Source of the DNA: an uncultured Pseudomonadales bacterium
Lineage (GTDB): Bacteria; Patescibacteriota; Microgenomatia; UBA1400; UBA12028
Length of the DNA stretch: 64,000 nt
Assembly: GCA_964635905.1 (NCBI GenBank)
Contig: CAZWPK010000001.1
Coordinates: 288,293 to 352,292, forward strand
Direction of reading: 5' to 3'
Shown piece after piece: positions 31,092-40,677 of this stretch (the stretch's first letter is position 1; every line of letters begins with the position of its first letter). A program made the translations under genes and the position numbers. The notes under the pieces are model-generated. The model saw nothing but the letters and a program-made list of their open reading frames with translations. It was not told where the DNA came from and made no database searches.

Positions 31092-32291
31092 ATGCAAATT
31101 TATAATTACAAAGCCCGCACCCAACAAAATGAAACGGTAACGGGAAAAGTGGAAGCTAACTCGGCCAGTGAGGCAAACTTAGTGCTGCGTGAACGTGGGT
31201 TATTCGTGATTTCCATTGTCGAGTTCCATGAGTCATCCATCCTTGCTCTCCTGAAGTATTCCAAAGTTTCCAAAAACGATATCGTCAATTTTACCCGTCA
31301 GTTATCCACGATGGTTACCGCAGGCCTCCCCTTAACGGAAGCGTTGCAAATTTTGGAAGTACAGGCAAAACCTGTCTTAAAGAAACTTCTTTCTGCCGTG
31401 CGTCGGGATGTGGAAGGTGGAATGACGCTGGCCAAAGCGTTGGAAAAACATCCCAGTGCGTTTAGCACCGTCTACATTTCGTTAATTAAAGCCGGTGAAT
31501 CGGCAGGTGTCCTGGACCAAGTGTTACATCGTTTGGCGGATACCTTGGAAAAACAGAAAGAGTTTGCTTCCAAAACCAAAGGGGCTTTAATTTATCCTGC
31601 AATCGTCATGCTTGCGATGGTGATTGTCGGATTTGTGATGATGATTTTTGTGATCCCGAAAATGACGGAAATGTATAAAGACTTTGGCGCCGATCTTCCC
31701 ATGCCTACCATGGTCTTAATTGGGATTTCCGATTTCATGGTGTCGTACTGGTATCTTGTGTTAATTCTTGTCGGTGGGGGTGCCGTCGCCTTTAATGCAT
31801 ATCGCAAAACTCCGGCTGGGAAATTAAAGGTGGATGAATGGATGTTAAAGTTACCCATCTTTGGTGAACTTCGTGCCAAGATTGCCTTAGTGGAATTAAC
31901 CCGAACCTTATCCTTATTGATTTCTGCGGGTATCTCGCTCTTAACAGCGATCGAAATTTCTTTTGATTCAGTAGGAAACATGGTCTTTCGCAATGCGTTA
32001 GTAAAAATTGCAAAGGATGTCGAAAAAGGTCAATCACTCTCCAATAGTGTTGCTAAGAGAGTTGAATTTCCAGTCCTCATGTCACAAATGATCTCTGTCG
32101 GTGAAGAAACCGGAAAACTCGATGAAGTCTTACTCAAGTTATCAGCCTACTTTGAAACCGAATCCGAACATGCGGTCAAAGGATTGACAACCGCTATGGA
32201 GCCTCTTATTATGATTGTATTAGGCATCGGAGTAGGTCTATTGATAATCGCAATCATCTTGCCTATCTATAACCTCACGAGCCAATTTTAA
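31092..32291 (+). CDS. pilC: type IV pilus platform protein PilC (GspF family)
   Basis: It has the duplicated GspF domain architecture with 3 transmembrane segments. The length is 399 aa. Confidence 0.85.
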   Translation: MQIYNYKARTQQNETVTGKVEANSASEANLVLRERGLFVISIVEFHESSILALLKYSKVSKNDIVNFTRQLSTMVTAGLPLTEALQILEVQAKPVLKKLLSAVRRDVEGGMTLAKALEKHPSAFSTVYISLIKAGESAGVLDQVLHRLADTLEKQKEFASKTKGALIYPAIVMLAMVIVGFVMMIFVIPKMTEMYKDFGADLPMPTMVLIGISDFMVSYWYLVLILVGGGAVAFNAYRKTPAGKLKVDEWMLKLPIFGELRAKIALVELTRTLSLLISAGISLLTAIEISFDSVGNMVFRNALVKIAKDVEKGQSLSNSVAKRVEFPVLMSQMISVGEETGKLDEVLLKLSAYFETESEHAVKGLTTAMEPLIMIVLGIGVGLLIIAIILPIYNLTSQF

Positions 32292-32302
32292 GGAGAACGT
32301 CT

Positions 32303-32881
32303 ATGTCCACATTTCCCCAGTTACCCAGGTGGGTATCCTCGTTTCGATCAAGCAGGATCGGGTTCACCCTGATTGAATTGCTGGTCGTAATTGCAATTCT
32401 TGGAATATTAGCGGTGGCTGTTCTTTCAACGATCAATCCCATTGAACAGATTAACCGAAGTCGAGATACCCGTACGCGCTCGGATGCGGCTGAAGTCCTA
32501 TCCGCTGCCGAACGCTATTACGCCAGTCGTGAAATTTATCCATGGAACGTCGTTCCAAGTGGAACGAATACACTTCCATCCACTGGATTTTATTGGAACG
32601 CGAATACGAGTACCAACAACAACTGGCTAACGGAACTGCAAACTTCCGATGAAGTTAAGGCGAATTTAATTACTCGTGTAACCAATGACAGACGCGTAAT
32701 TGTTATCAAGAGTAACACCGCTGCAGCCGTAACCTATGTCTGTTTCCAACCGACATCATCCTCACTGAAAGCAGAAGCAAAAAAGAGTTGTAACGGATCC
32801 ACATCGGTGACCATCTCCGATGGTGGTTCCAACTCCATCAACAAATGTGCGGCGAACGCAGAATATCTCTGTCTCCCGTAA
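32303..32881 (+). CDS. type IV pilin (prepilin-type N-terminal cleavage/methylation domain), candidate major pilin
   Basis: The class III signal is ...SRIG/FTLIELLVVIAILGILA. The C-terminal region holds a Cys pair. Confidence 0.75.
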   Translation: MSTFPQLPRWVSSFRSSRIGFTLIELLVVIAILGILAVAVLSTINPIEQINRSRDTRTRSDAAEVLSAAERYYASREIYPWNVVPSGTNTLPSTGFYWNANTSTNNNWLTELQTSDEVKANLITRVTNDRRVIVIKSNTAAAVTYVCFQPTSSSLKAEAKKSCNGSTSVTISDGGSNSINKCAANAEYLCLP

Positions 32882-32966
32882 GTGATGGATTACTAGTGAA
32901 GCACCTTAATCATTCAAAGACAGCTGCAGTTGCAGCTGTCTTTGTTTATGAGTACACTCCAATCAT

Positions 32967-33767
32967 ATGCTTTTAGCTGTTGCCGTGATCTTTTGTTTAG
33001 GACTTGCCATCGGCAGTTTCTTGAATGTCGTGATCTACCGAAGCGTAAATCATGACTCTCCACTTCGGGGGCGTTCCTATTGTGATTTCTGTAAAAAACC
33101 TATTGCCTGGTACGACAATATTCCGTTGATTTCATTTATTGTCTTGCGACGCAAATGCCGGCACTGTCATGCAGTCATCCCCTGGGAGTATCCGACCGTC
33201 GAACTCTTAACGGGCTTATTATTCGTCTGGTGGTATGTCGTGGGTTTTACCTTCTTTAAGTTAACCGAGTTGCCCTTTGGCTTTGTACAGCCACTGTTTT
33301 GGCTTTCGGTAGGCATCCTGTTCGTTGTCATCGTGTTCGCGGACCTTTCCTACATGATCATTCCGGATAGTGCGGTATTGCTTTTAAGCATTGCGGCACT
33401 CGCCTATCGCGGGATGTTAGTCGCCCAAGGAATCATGACCGGAGATGATTTTTTCAAATCAGTTTTAAGCGCGATTGGTGCGTTGTCCTTCTTTTTGTTT
33501 TTAACGGTTCTAACACGTGGTAAAGGAATGGGAATGGGAGATGTTAAACTTGCGTTTCCCTTAGGACTCATCTTAGGCTTTCCCTTAACAATCCTCGCAA
33601 TCTTTCTCTCCTTTATTCTGGGTTCGCTGGTGGCGGTTCCGATGCTGGTACTGCGAAAAAAGAAATTGAAGAGCGTGATTCCATTTGGTCCATTTCTGAT
33701 CGTCGCAAGTGTGATAGCCTTAGTATGGGGCGAACCACTACTTGCCTGGTATCTACAGTATCTATGA
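32967..33767 (+). CDS. pilD: prepilin peptidase (A24 family) PilD
   Basis: It has the N-terminal zinc-binding CxxC...CxxC (CDFC...CRHC). Polytopic membrane domains carry the catalytic Asp residues. The length is 266 aa. Confidence 0.85.
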   Translation: MLLAVAVIFCLGLAIGSFLNVVIYRSVNHDSPLRGRSYCDFCKKPIAWYDNIPLISFIVLRRKCRHCHAVIPWEYPTVELLTGLLFVWWYVVGFTFFKLTELPFGFVQPLFWLSVGILFVVIVFADLSYMIIPDSAVLLLSIAALAYRGMLVAQGIMTGDDFFKSVLSAIGALSFFLFLTVLTRGKGMGMGDVKLAFPLGLILGFPLTILAIFLSFILGSLVAVPMLVLRKKKLKSVIPFGPFLIVASVIALVWGEPLLAWYLQYL

Positions 33768-34669
33768 GAACCTTTCGTTTCTTTTTTAAATATTTGCTAG
33801 TGACTTGTGTGTTTTTGGGAGTCCTGGCAGTCATCGTTCCGTTTATTCAACTCGAACGTGCAACCCGTCTGATCAAGGATGAACTCGAATCGTTAAATCC
33901 AGATTTGGATCGAAGTGAACATCGAGAACAATCCTGTGTGAATGCTCCAGGATCCAGTCCCTACTCCGTTCCCATTGCGTATCAGTTGCGATTTTTAACT
34001 GACACGGACTATCAGGTGGAATTAGTCTGTAGCTATATCGAAGAATCTCCTGTCTTAATGCGCACCGGAAAGCTTCCTTTTTTGGTGACTAAATTGGCTG
34101 GAAGCACCGGATTCTATTATTCTTTGTCCGCGCGACAACAAAGCGCCGTTGAATTATCTGCCATCTGGTATACTCGCCAATTTGTTCTGGATGGAGTGAC
34201 GGTTGAGCAGTCCAATGCCAAGGTCAAAAATATCAACCCTAAATCCGTCTGTTCTGGGTATGGGTACACGTGCTGTGAACAGGGGGTGTACGCAGGAGTC
34301 GGCGATGTGTATCCGTATGCCAAGGACTGTCCTAGTACCTGCTTTTCGGCATGCAGCCCACTTCCCTATGTGGAATCATTTAATGCGGATCCCTATCCCC
34401 TTGATGGATCTACCGTGACCATGCAAGGAACTACCCAACAGGTTATTTTTTCCTACGCCGCGAGTTCTCGTGGTCCCAAGATTGCCTATGTCACCATTGA
34501 TTATGGCGATGGTTCAACGGATAAATCTGTTGAAAAAAGTGGCATCTTTACGCACCAATTCGAATGTAGCTCTAGCTGTCGAATTCCGGTCACGTTGACT
34601 GCAACCGATGTCACGGGACAGGTTTCAGTTGAAAACCCCCATGCAACCCTCTATATTGTAAAAGAGTAA
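33764..34669 (+). CDS. membrane-anchored Cys-rich protein with C-terminal PKD-like domain
   Basis: The start was reassigned to MRTFRFFF (an ATGA overlap with the pilD stop). It has an N-terminal transmembrane segment and about 14 Cys residues. The C-terminal YVTIDYGDGSTD matches the PKD-domain signature (xDxGDGS). Confidence 0.5.
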   Translation: MRTFRFFFKYLLVTCVFLGVLAVIVPFIQLERATRLIKDELESLNPDLDRSEHREQSCVNAPGSSPYSVPIAYQLRFLTDTDYQVELVCSYIEESPVLMRTGKLPFLVTKLAGSTGFYYSLSARQQSAVELSAIWYTRQFVLDGVTVEQSNAKVKNINPKSVCSGYGYTCCEQGVYAGVGDVYPYAKDCPSTCFSACSPLPYVESFNADPYPLDGSTVTMQGTTQQVIFSYAASSRGPKIAYVTIDYGDGSTDKSVEKSGIFTHQFECSSSCRIPVTLTATDVTGQVSVENPHATLYIVKE

Positions 34670-34679
34670 AGGATATCTT

Positions 34680-35102
34680 ATGACGCACGCTAAACGATCT
34701 TCTGGCTTTACCCTTTTAGAACTCTTGGTGGTCATTTCCATCATCGCGATTCTGGTGGGACTGACAACCGCCAGCTTTTCTACTGCGCAACGTAAAGCGC
34801 GCGATTCGAAACGTCGAGGAGATGTGAAGGCAATGCAAAATGCTTTTGAACAATACTATTCAGGCAATAATGGGACCTACGGTGCTAGTTGTGCCACGAT
34901 GACGTCGGTCGGAGGGTCTACGTTGCTTCCCAACGGTTTGCCCAAAGATCCAAAGACAGGGCTGGACTATAACTGTACGGTGACGGCTGCAACAAACAGC
35001 TATTGTATTTGTTCAACGCTGGAGGGGGGCGGTGGAAATGCAACCAACACCAGCTGTGCAATGGGAACTGGAACAAACTATTGTTTAACCAACCTACAAT
35101 AA
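34680..35102 (+). CDS. type IV pilin-like protein
   Basis: The prepilin signal is MTHAKRSSG/FTLLELLVVISIIAIL. The C-terminus has the Cys-containing motif C...GGGGN.TN.SC..GTG.NYCL.N. Confidence 0.7.
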   Translation: MTHAKRSSGFTLLELLVVISIIAILVGLTTASFSTAQRKARDSKRRGDVKAMQNAFEQYYSGNNGTYGASCATMTSVGGSTLLPNGLPKDPKTGLDYNCTVTAATNSYCICSTLEGGGGNATNTSCAMGTGTNYCLTNLQ

Positions 35103-35103
35103 T

Positions 35104-35535
35104 ATGATCACCTCAAAACAACACGGATTCACAATGATCGAACTGTTAGTGGCAGCCACCATTTTGGCGGTTTTAGCCACCATTGGCGTCGTCAGTTTTC
35201 GCAGCGCTGCAGTGCGCGCACGCGATGGAAAACGCCAGGCAGATTTAAGTCAGGTTCGATCGGGATTGGAACTCTGGCGCTCCGCTCCCGGAAATTTACG
35301 CTATCCAAATTCTAACTATGAAGGGGTCTTAACGACCTTGGGAGCTGGAAATTATCTCTCAGAACCCTATCCTCGGGATCCCAAAAATGATTCAACCTAT
35401 TTTTACCAGTACGCTGCAACCAATGCGCAAGCCGGATATTGTCTGTGTGCACGCCTAGAAGGTGGAAGTGGAAATAGTACTTCAAGCAGCTGTTCCTTTG
35501 GCACTGGCTCCTTTTATTGTCTCCGCAACCCATAG
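35104..35535 (+). CDS. type IV pilin-like protein (paralog of previous)
   Basis: The signal is MITSKQHG/FTMIELLVA. The C-terminal motif C.C.RLEGGSGNSTSSSC.FGTGS.YCL.N is paralogous to the 34680 gene. Confidence 0.7.
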   Translation: MITSKQHGFTMIELLVAATILAVLATIGVVSFRSAAVRARDGKRQADLSQVRSGLELWRSAPGNLRYPNSNYEGVLTTLGAGNYLSEPYPRDPKNDSTYFYQYAATNAQAGYCLCARLEGGSGNSTSSSCSFGTGSFYCLRNP

Positions 35536-35592
35536 AGAAAGTGGTGGTATCCCTTCTAGTAATACCATACAAAAATTTGATAGAGTGAATCT

Positions 35593-36084
35593 ATGTCGAT
35601 AGTCTCCAAGCTTGGTTTTACCCTCATCGAACTGATTGTTGCTGTGTCCATCATGGGTCTTGTCATGGGGGGAGGAATTGCCGGATATCGCAGTTTTAAT
35701 GAACGACAGCAACTGATTACTACGGGAAAAGAAGTATTGGTAGCGTTGCGAAAAACCCAAGCTGATGCAGTAGCTGGAGTGAAGTCCACAAATTGTCAAA
35801 CGCGCACCTTCGTTTCCAATACTTTTAGCTTTACAGGTGGTGCGTATTCCATCGTGGAGAATTGCCAACAGGGTGGAACAACCTATTCCGTCCCAACCCG
35901 AACAGAGATGATCACACCCACACTTGAAATTGTGATTGACCGAGGATCCGTGATCTTTTATGGTCAATACGGTGGAGTTGCCTCTCCCGTTCAAATAACC
36001 ATTCGCAAAGTGGGAACGACAAGTCCGATCTATCGAATCAATGTCAATGCGCAAGGGACAGTGGAAGACTTGGGATTGCAATAA
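35593..36084 (+). CDS. minor pilin / pseudopilin-like protein
   Basis: The signal is MSIVSKLG/FTLIELIVAVSIMGL. Confidence 0.65.
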   Translation: MSIVSKLGFTLIELIVAVSIMGLVMGGGIAGYRSFNERQQLITTGKEVLVALRKTQADAVAGVKSTNCQTRTFVSNTFSFTGGAYSIVENCQQGGTTYSVPTRTEMITPTLEIVIDRGSVIFYGQYGGVASPVQITIRKVGTTSPIYRINVNAQGTVEDLGLQ

Positions 36085-36086
36085 CT

Positions 36087-36566
36087 ATGAATCTAAAGGA
36101 TCAAGCAGGACAAACCTTAATTGAGATTATTATCGCAGTGGGATTGGTGGTATTGGTCCTAACTTCAATCTCCGCAGGTTTGGCGATCAGTGTTCGCAAT
36201 AATCGCCATGCCAAAAGTATGGAAGAAGCCAAACAGTATGCCCGGGAAGGCACGGAGTGGTTTCGTCGAATGCGTGACCAGTTAGGATGGGACTCGTTTG
36301 CACAAGCGGTTCGCTCGGATGGGGCTTCCGTTACTTATTGTTTAGCAACACTTCCACAAACTGGGGCGGAGTTTATTGCGCTAGGTAATCAGACCTGTTC
36401 TGCAACCCAGGTGATTTCTGGAACTGTCTTTACCCGCTCGATGGCACTCACAACCTCTGGAGGGGCAGCTCCGGATACTGTCACAGCTTTGATTACCGTC
36501 GGCTGGAGTGATGGAGGAAAACAGTTTGCATCCCAGTCCACTACAACCTTACGCCGATGGCGATAA
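36087..36566 (+). CDS. minor pilin / pseudopilin-like protein
   Basis: The N-terminal motif is KDQAG/QTLIEIIIAVGLVVL. It is translationally coupled to its neighbours. Confidence 0.6.
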   Translation: MNLKDQAGQTLIEIIIAVGLVVLVLTSISAGLAISVRNNRHAKSMEEAKQYAREGTEWFRRMRDQLGWDSFAQAVRSDGASVTYCLATLPQTGAEFIALGNQTCSATQVISGTVFTRSMALTTSGGAAPDTVTALITVGWSDGGKQFASQSTTTLRRWR

Positions 36567-37114
36567 AACGTATGAAGCAGCAACAAAACTCTGGATATAC
36601 CCTGATTGAATTACTTACCGTCGTGGCTCTCTCAAGCTTATTGTTGATCACGGTGACTTCACTCTTTTTTACCACCCTCTTAGGTGGAGGCAAAACCGCA
36701 TCGGGAGAATATACCAAGCAGGCTGGGAATTATGCCTTAGGTCAAATGACCTACATGATCCGTAATAGTCGGAAACTTGTCCTAAATTCCGACCCAACAC
36801 CCGTCATCTGCCAAAGTGGGATGCAATCACTAGGGGTTCAGTCACAAGATAATAACACCACTATTTTTTCACTCGACAGTAATCGAATTGCCAGCAACAG
36901 TGGCAGATATCTTTTACCGGCTGATGTTCAAGTTGTCACCGGCTCGCTTCGCTTTGACTGCAGTCCCGCAAGTTATGGAACTTCTTCTTGGGATGGCTCT
37001 TTACCCAGTGTGACGATCTCTTTTTCCTTGCGCAAAGGAACGGTAGGTGTTGACTCACAACGCGATATTGTCGAACTTCCGTTTCAATCAAGTGTTACCT
37101 TGCGAAACTACTAA
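36557..37114 (+). CDS. minor pilin / pseudopilin-like protein
   Basis: The N-terminal motif is QQNSG/YTLIELLTVVALSSL. Confidence 0.6.
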   Translation: MAIKRMKQQQNSGYTLIELLTVVALSSLLLITVTSLFFTTLLGGGKTASGEYTKQAGNYALGQMTYMIRNSRKLVLNSDPTPVICQSGMQSLGVQSQDNNTTIFSLDSNRIASNSGRYLLPADVQVVTGSLRFDCSPASYGTSSWDGSLPSVTISFSLRKGTVGVDSQRDIVELPFQSSVTLRNY

Positions 37115-37146
37115 AACGAACAGTAGGCCGTACTTGATTCTCATGC

Positions 37147-37926
37147 GTGTACCTGCGTAGAATGAAGTATATGAGATCTTCGAGTGGCCAGATCGGTATT
37201 ATCCTACTCTTAGTGACGGTCGTCATGCTGACGGTTGGAATTTCCGTCGTCTCACAAACCACTAGTGATGTCGATATTTCTGTGACCAATGAAAGTGCCA
37301 ATCAAGCGCTCGATGCTGCGGAAAGCGGAGTTGAGAATGCTCTGGGAAGTGACTTGAATTCCTACACTGGTGGAAATACTACGGTGGGTGGAATCTCGGT
37401 CGATACCAATGTCATTCGACAAACCGTGCTGGAATCTGTCGTCGAACAAGGATACGCCGTCGGGGTGGATGTTTCGACAGCAAATAAATCCCAACCACTG
37501 ATCATCAGTTGGGCAAAAAGTTCCACGCCAAGCCAACAGGCGTCCCTCGTTGTCTCGGTGTTTTCTACGTCCTCTCCATATGTCCGCCGATTCTATGTTG
37601 GTCTTGCAAATGCCACCGCAGACAGTAACCGAAATCAACGGGATGGATTCTCCAATGCCTTAACCACTGCCGATGCTGGATATTCGCTACGTACCGATAT
37701 TGCCTTACAAGCCAGTGACTATCTTGTTCGCATCCGACCGCTCTATACGGCCGCACAGCTTCGTGTGCGTGGCACAAATTTGCCAACCCAACAATATGTT
37801 GTCGTTTCCAAAGCGCAGAATACGACCACGAAGGAAACAAAAGCAGTACAAGTGGAGCGAGGTATCCCGGTTCCTCCCTCCGTCTTTGATTATGTGCTCT
37901 ATGCCGGAGGTTCCATTACCCCTTAA
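37147..37926 (+). CDS. pilus-associated protein (PilX-like N-terminus)
   Basis: The N-terminus SSGQIGIILLLVTVVMLTVG is hydrophobic and pilin-like but lacks Glu+5. The protein is Ser/Thr-rich. Confidence 0.4.
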   Translation: MYLRRMKYMRSSSGQIGIILLLVTVVMLTVGISVVSQTTSDVDISVTNESANQALDAAESGVENALGSDLNSYTGGNTTVGGISVDTNVIRQTVLESVVEQGYAVGVDVSTANKSQPLIISWAKSSTPSQQASLVVSVFSTSSPYVRRFYVGLANATADSNRNQRDGFSNALTTADAGYSLRTDIALQASDYLVRIRPLYTAAQLRVRGTNLPTQQYVVVSKAQNTTTKETKAVQVERGIPVPPSVFDYVLYAGGSITP

Positions 37927-37937
37927 TAAAGGACACT

Positions 37938-38957
37938 ATGAATGCGGTTGGATTTGATCTTGGTTCGTACAGTCTAAAAGTAGCGGAAATTGCAGGTGAT
38001 GCTCGACGTGTTCGACCTGTAAAGCTGCACCAGTTTACGCATCCTTTTGGTGTCATGCTCCCCGCTGATTCTGGTCAAATGCAGCAAATGGCTGGCATGA
38101 TCAAACAGATTTTTATCGATAAGAAGATTCCTTTTTCCAACGTGCGTGCCGCTTTGCCCGAAAGTGTCGTCTCCACAAAAATCATTGCCACTCCTTCCCT
38201 CTCGGATGCCGAATTAGCTTCGGCGATTGATTGGCTGGCGGAGCAACATATTGCCATCCCCTTGGAAGAATTAAAACTGGAATATGAGGTGTTGTATCGA
38301 CCGGACAAATCACGCAAAAACGAAAACATGCGGGTGATGCTGATCGGTGTGCCAAAGGCTGTAATTGACTCGTACTTGACCTTATTTGGATACATGGAGA
38401 TCGAACCCGTGTTACTCGAAACGCAAGTGCTCTCCATCCTGCGTTCTACGTTAACAGAAAGTATGCCGACTACCCTAGTGGTGCATATGGGAGCTGCGGC
38501 GACCGATTTCTTTATCGTGCATGAGGGCGAAATTGTGTTCGTTTACACCTTTACCAATGGAGGCAGGCTTCTCACCCGATCGATTGAACGTGGTTTAAAT
38601 GTCGACGCAAAGCAAGCTGAAGAATATAAAATGACGTATGGAGTAGATCCACAATTCCTAGAAGGTCGATTGGTTGCGATCCTAAATCCTGTCTTACAAC
38701 TCTTTAAGATTGAAATTCAAAAAGCCATGCAGTATTTTGCCGGCCAATTTGGAACGCAGTCCGTTAAACGTGTCGTGCTGTCGGGCGGTGGCGCGCACAT
38801 GCCTGGATTGATCACGCATTTGGCCTCCCAATTGAATGTGGAATGTACCTTGGCTCGCCCGTTTGCCCATTTTGAAACGGATACCAAAATGCAGTTACCC
38901 ATGGAATCTGAAGCCTCGTTTAGCGTTGCCTGCGGATTGGCATTTCGAACCTTTTAA
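37938..38957 (+). CDS. pilM: type IV pilus assembly protein PilM (actin-like ATPase fold)
   Basis: The N-terminus is VGFDLGSYSLKVAEI. About 340 aa with an FtsA/actin-like fold. Confidence 0.85.
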   Translation: MNAVGFDLGSYSLKVAEIAGDARRVRPVKLHQFTHPFGVMLPADSGQMQQMAGMIKQIFIDKKIPFSNVRAALPESVVSTKIIATPSLSDAELASAIDWLAEQHIAIPLEELKLEYEVLYRPDKSRKNENMRVMLIGVPKAVIDSYLTLFGYMEIEPVLLETQVLSILRSTLTESMPTTLVVHMGAAATDFFIVHEGEIVFVYTFTNGGRLLTRSIERGLNVDAKQAEEYKMTYGVDPQFLEGRLVAILNPVLQLFKIEIQKAMQYFAGQFGTQSVKRVVLSGGGAHMPGLITHLASQLNVECTLARPFAHFETDTKMQLPMESEASFSVACGLAFRTF

Positions 38958-38962
38958 CTGTT

Positions 38963-39568
38963 ATGGCTACCACACAAGGAATCAATTTTTTACGGGAGCG
39001 GGTCCGACTGCAAGAGGCAGTCATCAATTCGGATAAGCGCTTGATGCTCTATACCTCGATCGCGTTAGGGGTATTTATGACGGTGGTGGTGGGAATTGGA
39101 GCCTATCGTTTCTACTTAGGTCAGCGAGTGGAGAGCATGGATTCGGCCATAGAGACCCAACAAGCACGGTTACGTCAGTTAGAACCCGTCAAACAGATGT
39201 TGTCGGAACGCAATATGTTGCTGTCGACGACGGAGGATGTCTTAGCGAAGCGTGGAAAAGGCTGGGAAGCGATTGATTACTTGTATTCCATTTTGCCTGA
39301 AGGATCTGTCGTGGATGCAATTCACTTGTTAGCTTCGGATAACTTGATGGAGTTTCGCGTGATTGCTAGCGATGTATTCGCGTATAAAAAACTCTCGGAA
39401 GTACTTCAATCGCAAACAGTTGCCTTAAGTGGCTACAACCCCACTATGGGTAGTTTAAATCGGGATAAGAGTGGAAAGTATGCACTCAATGTAAAACTCT
39501 CGGTCTTACAAAACGAGGCTGCAGTAGAACCTGTGCAGCCTGCGGATGTAGTGGAGGAAGTAGAATAA
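38963..39568 (+). CDS. pilN: type IV pilus assembly protein PilN
   Basis: The N-terminal INFL motif, a single transmembrane helix and a coiled coil are present. The length is 201 aa. Confidence 0.7.
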   Translation: MATTQGINFLRERVRLQEAVINSDKRLMLYTSIALGVFMTVVVGIGAYRFYLGQRVESMDSAIETQQARLRQLEPVKQMLSERNMLLSTTEDVLAKRGKGWEAIDYLYSILPEGSVVDAIHLLASDNLMEFRVIASDVFAYKKLSEVLQSQTVALSGYNPTMGSLNRDKSGKYALNVKLSVLQNEAAVEPVQPADVVEEVE

Positions 39569-39577
39569 ATTGACAGT

Positions 39578-40390
39578 ATGGCAACTTTATCATTTCTTAC
39601 TGGCGGTTCTAGCTTAAATACAAAAGCGCTGATTGCGACTGCACGGAAACGCCGATTTTTTACCATTTCCATTATTTCCTGGTTAACGATTGCCTTGCTC
39701 GCCGTTGTTGTCTTGCTTCCAGCCGTACAATCCATTTTGACATCCATGACTGCCCTAGCCGAAAAACAGGAAGAACTCGAAGATATTCGAACTCAGGTGG
39801 AGTCATTATCCGCAGTCGATGAAAGTGTCGAACGCCAGCGTATTGCAGTACTACAGGCTGCACTCCCTGCTGAAAAGCCGGTGTTACCTCTGCTCTATTC
39901 TTTAGATAAGCTAGCAATTCAGTCCCAAGTAGGCATTGCAAACTTTCAAGTGAGCCCTGGAGAGCTTTCCTCCTTGACCAAAGAAGGAGCTCGTACGGAG
40001 TCGACGTTGGCTCCCGGGGTTTTCTCTCTTCCCTTGCAAATGCAAGTCAGTGGCACGTTTGCGAATTTAAACAGTTTCTTTAAACAACTCGACACGATTG
40101 TGCCGCTTGTTCGGATTACGACCATTGAGTTTGAAGGTGCAGATTCTGGAGCGTCCGGCGGTGCTAGCGCAACAGCTTCTGCCGTCTATCAGGCAAATGT
40201 GACAATGGAATCCTTGTTTGTGTCGATTTCACCAAATGCATCTGGAGTTGTTCAGTCAACCTTGAGTTCGGAACATGTTGCCTTATTGGAACGACTAACC
40301 ACATCCTATGCGGAACGTCAGACGGATGTTGCATTACAGACTGTCTCAATCTCTACGGGATCGGCAACACGAAATATTTTCAGTCAATAA
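39578..40390 (+). CDS. pilO: type IV pilus assembly protein PilO-like
   Basis: A transmembrane helix is followed by a coiled coil (EKQEELEDIRTQVESL) and a periplasmic-type domain. It sits immediately after pilN. Confidence 0.5.
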   Translation: MATLSFLTGGSSLNTKALIATARKRRFFTISIISWLTIALLAVVVLLPAVQSILTSMTALAEKQEELEDIRTQVESLSAVDESVERQRIAVLQAALPAEKPVLPLLYSLDKLAIQSQVGIANFQVSPGELSSLTKEGARTESTLAPGVFSLPLQMQVSGTFANLNSFFKQLDTIVPLVRITTIEFEGADSGASGGASATASAVYQANVTMESLFVSISPNASGVVQSTLSSEHVALLERLTTSYAERQTDVALQTVSISTGSATRNIFSQ

Positions 40391-40413
40391 AAACGAGTAA
40401 AAAAATGGAGTAG

Positions 40414-40677
40414 TTAAGCCTCAATGGCGGTCTCTACCGGCTGTTCGTCATCGGCGACCTTGATGATCACGTGACGCTGTTCTTTGACGGCGCGAACTTT
40501 GGCCAACGTTCGAATGGCATGAATAATTTTTCCATTTTTTCCAATGATGCGTCCGGTGTCTTCTGGAGCAACTTTGAGGAGGTACACCTGCGTATCCCCA
40601 TCTTCAACCATTTCAACCGAAACGGAGTCTGGGTTGTTTACGAGATGGATGAGGATGAATTCGAGTAGGCTTTTCAT
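40414..40677 (-). CDS. KH-domain RNA-binding protein (UPF0109/YlqC-like)
   Basis: The GRIIGKNGKIIHAIRTL motif is a KH GXXG loop. It has the conserved position downstream of rpsP. Confidence 0.75.
   Translation of the reverse strand: MKSLLEFILIHLVNNPDSVSVEMVEDGDTQVYLLKVAPEDTGRIIGKNGKIIHAIRTLAKVRAVKEQRHVIIKVADDEQPVETAIEA

Noticed and set aside
35482-36081. 199-aa minus-strand ORF across the pilin genes
   Set aside because: It is antisense to three consecutive well-supported pilin-like genes that have canonical prepilin signals.
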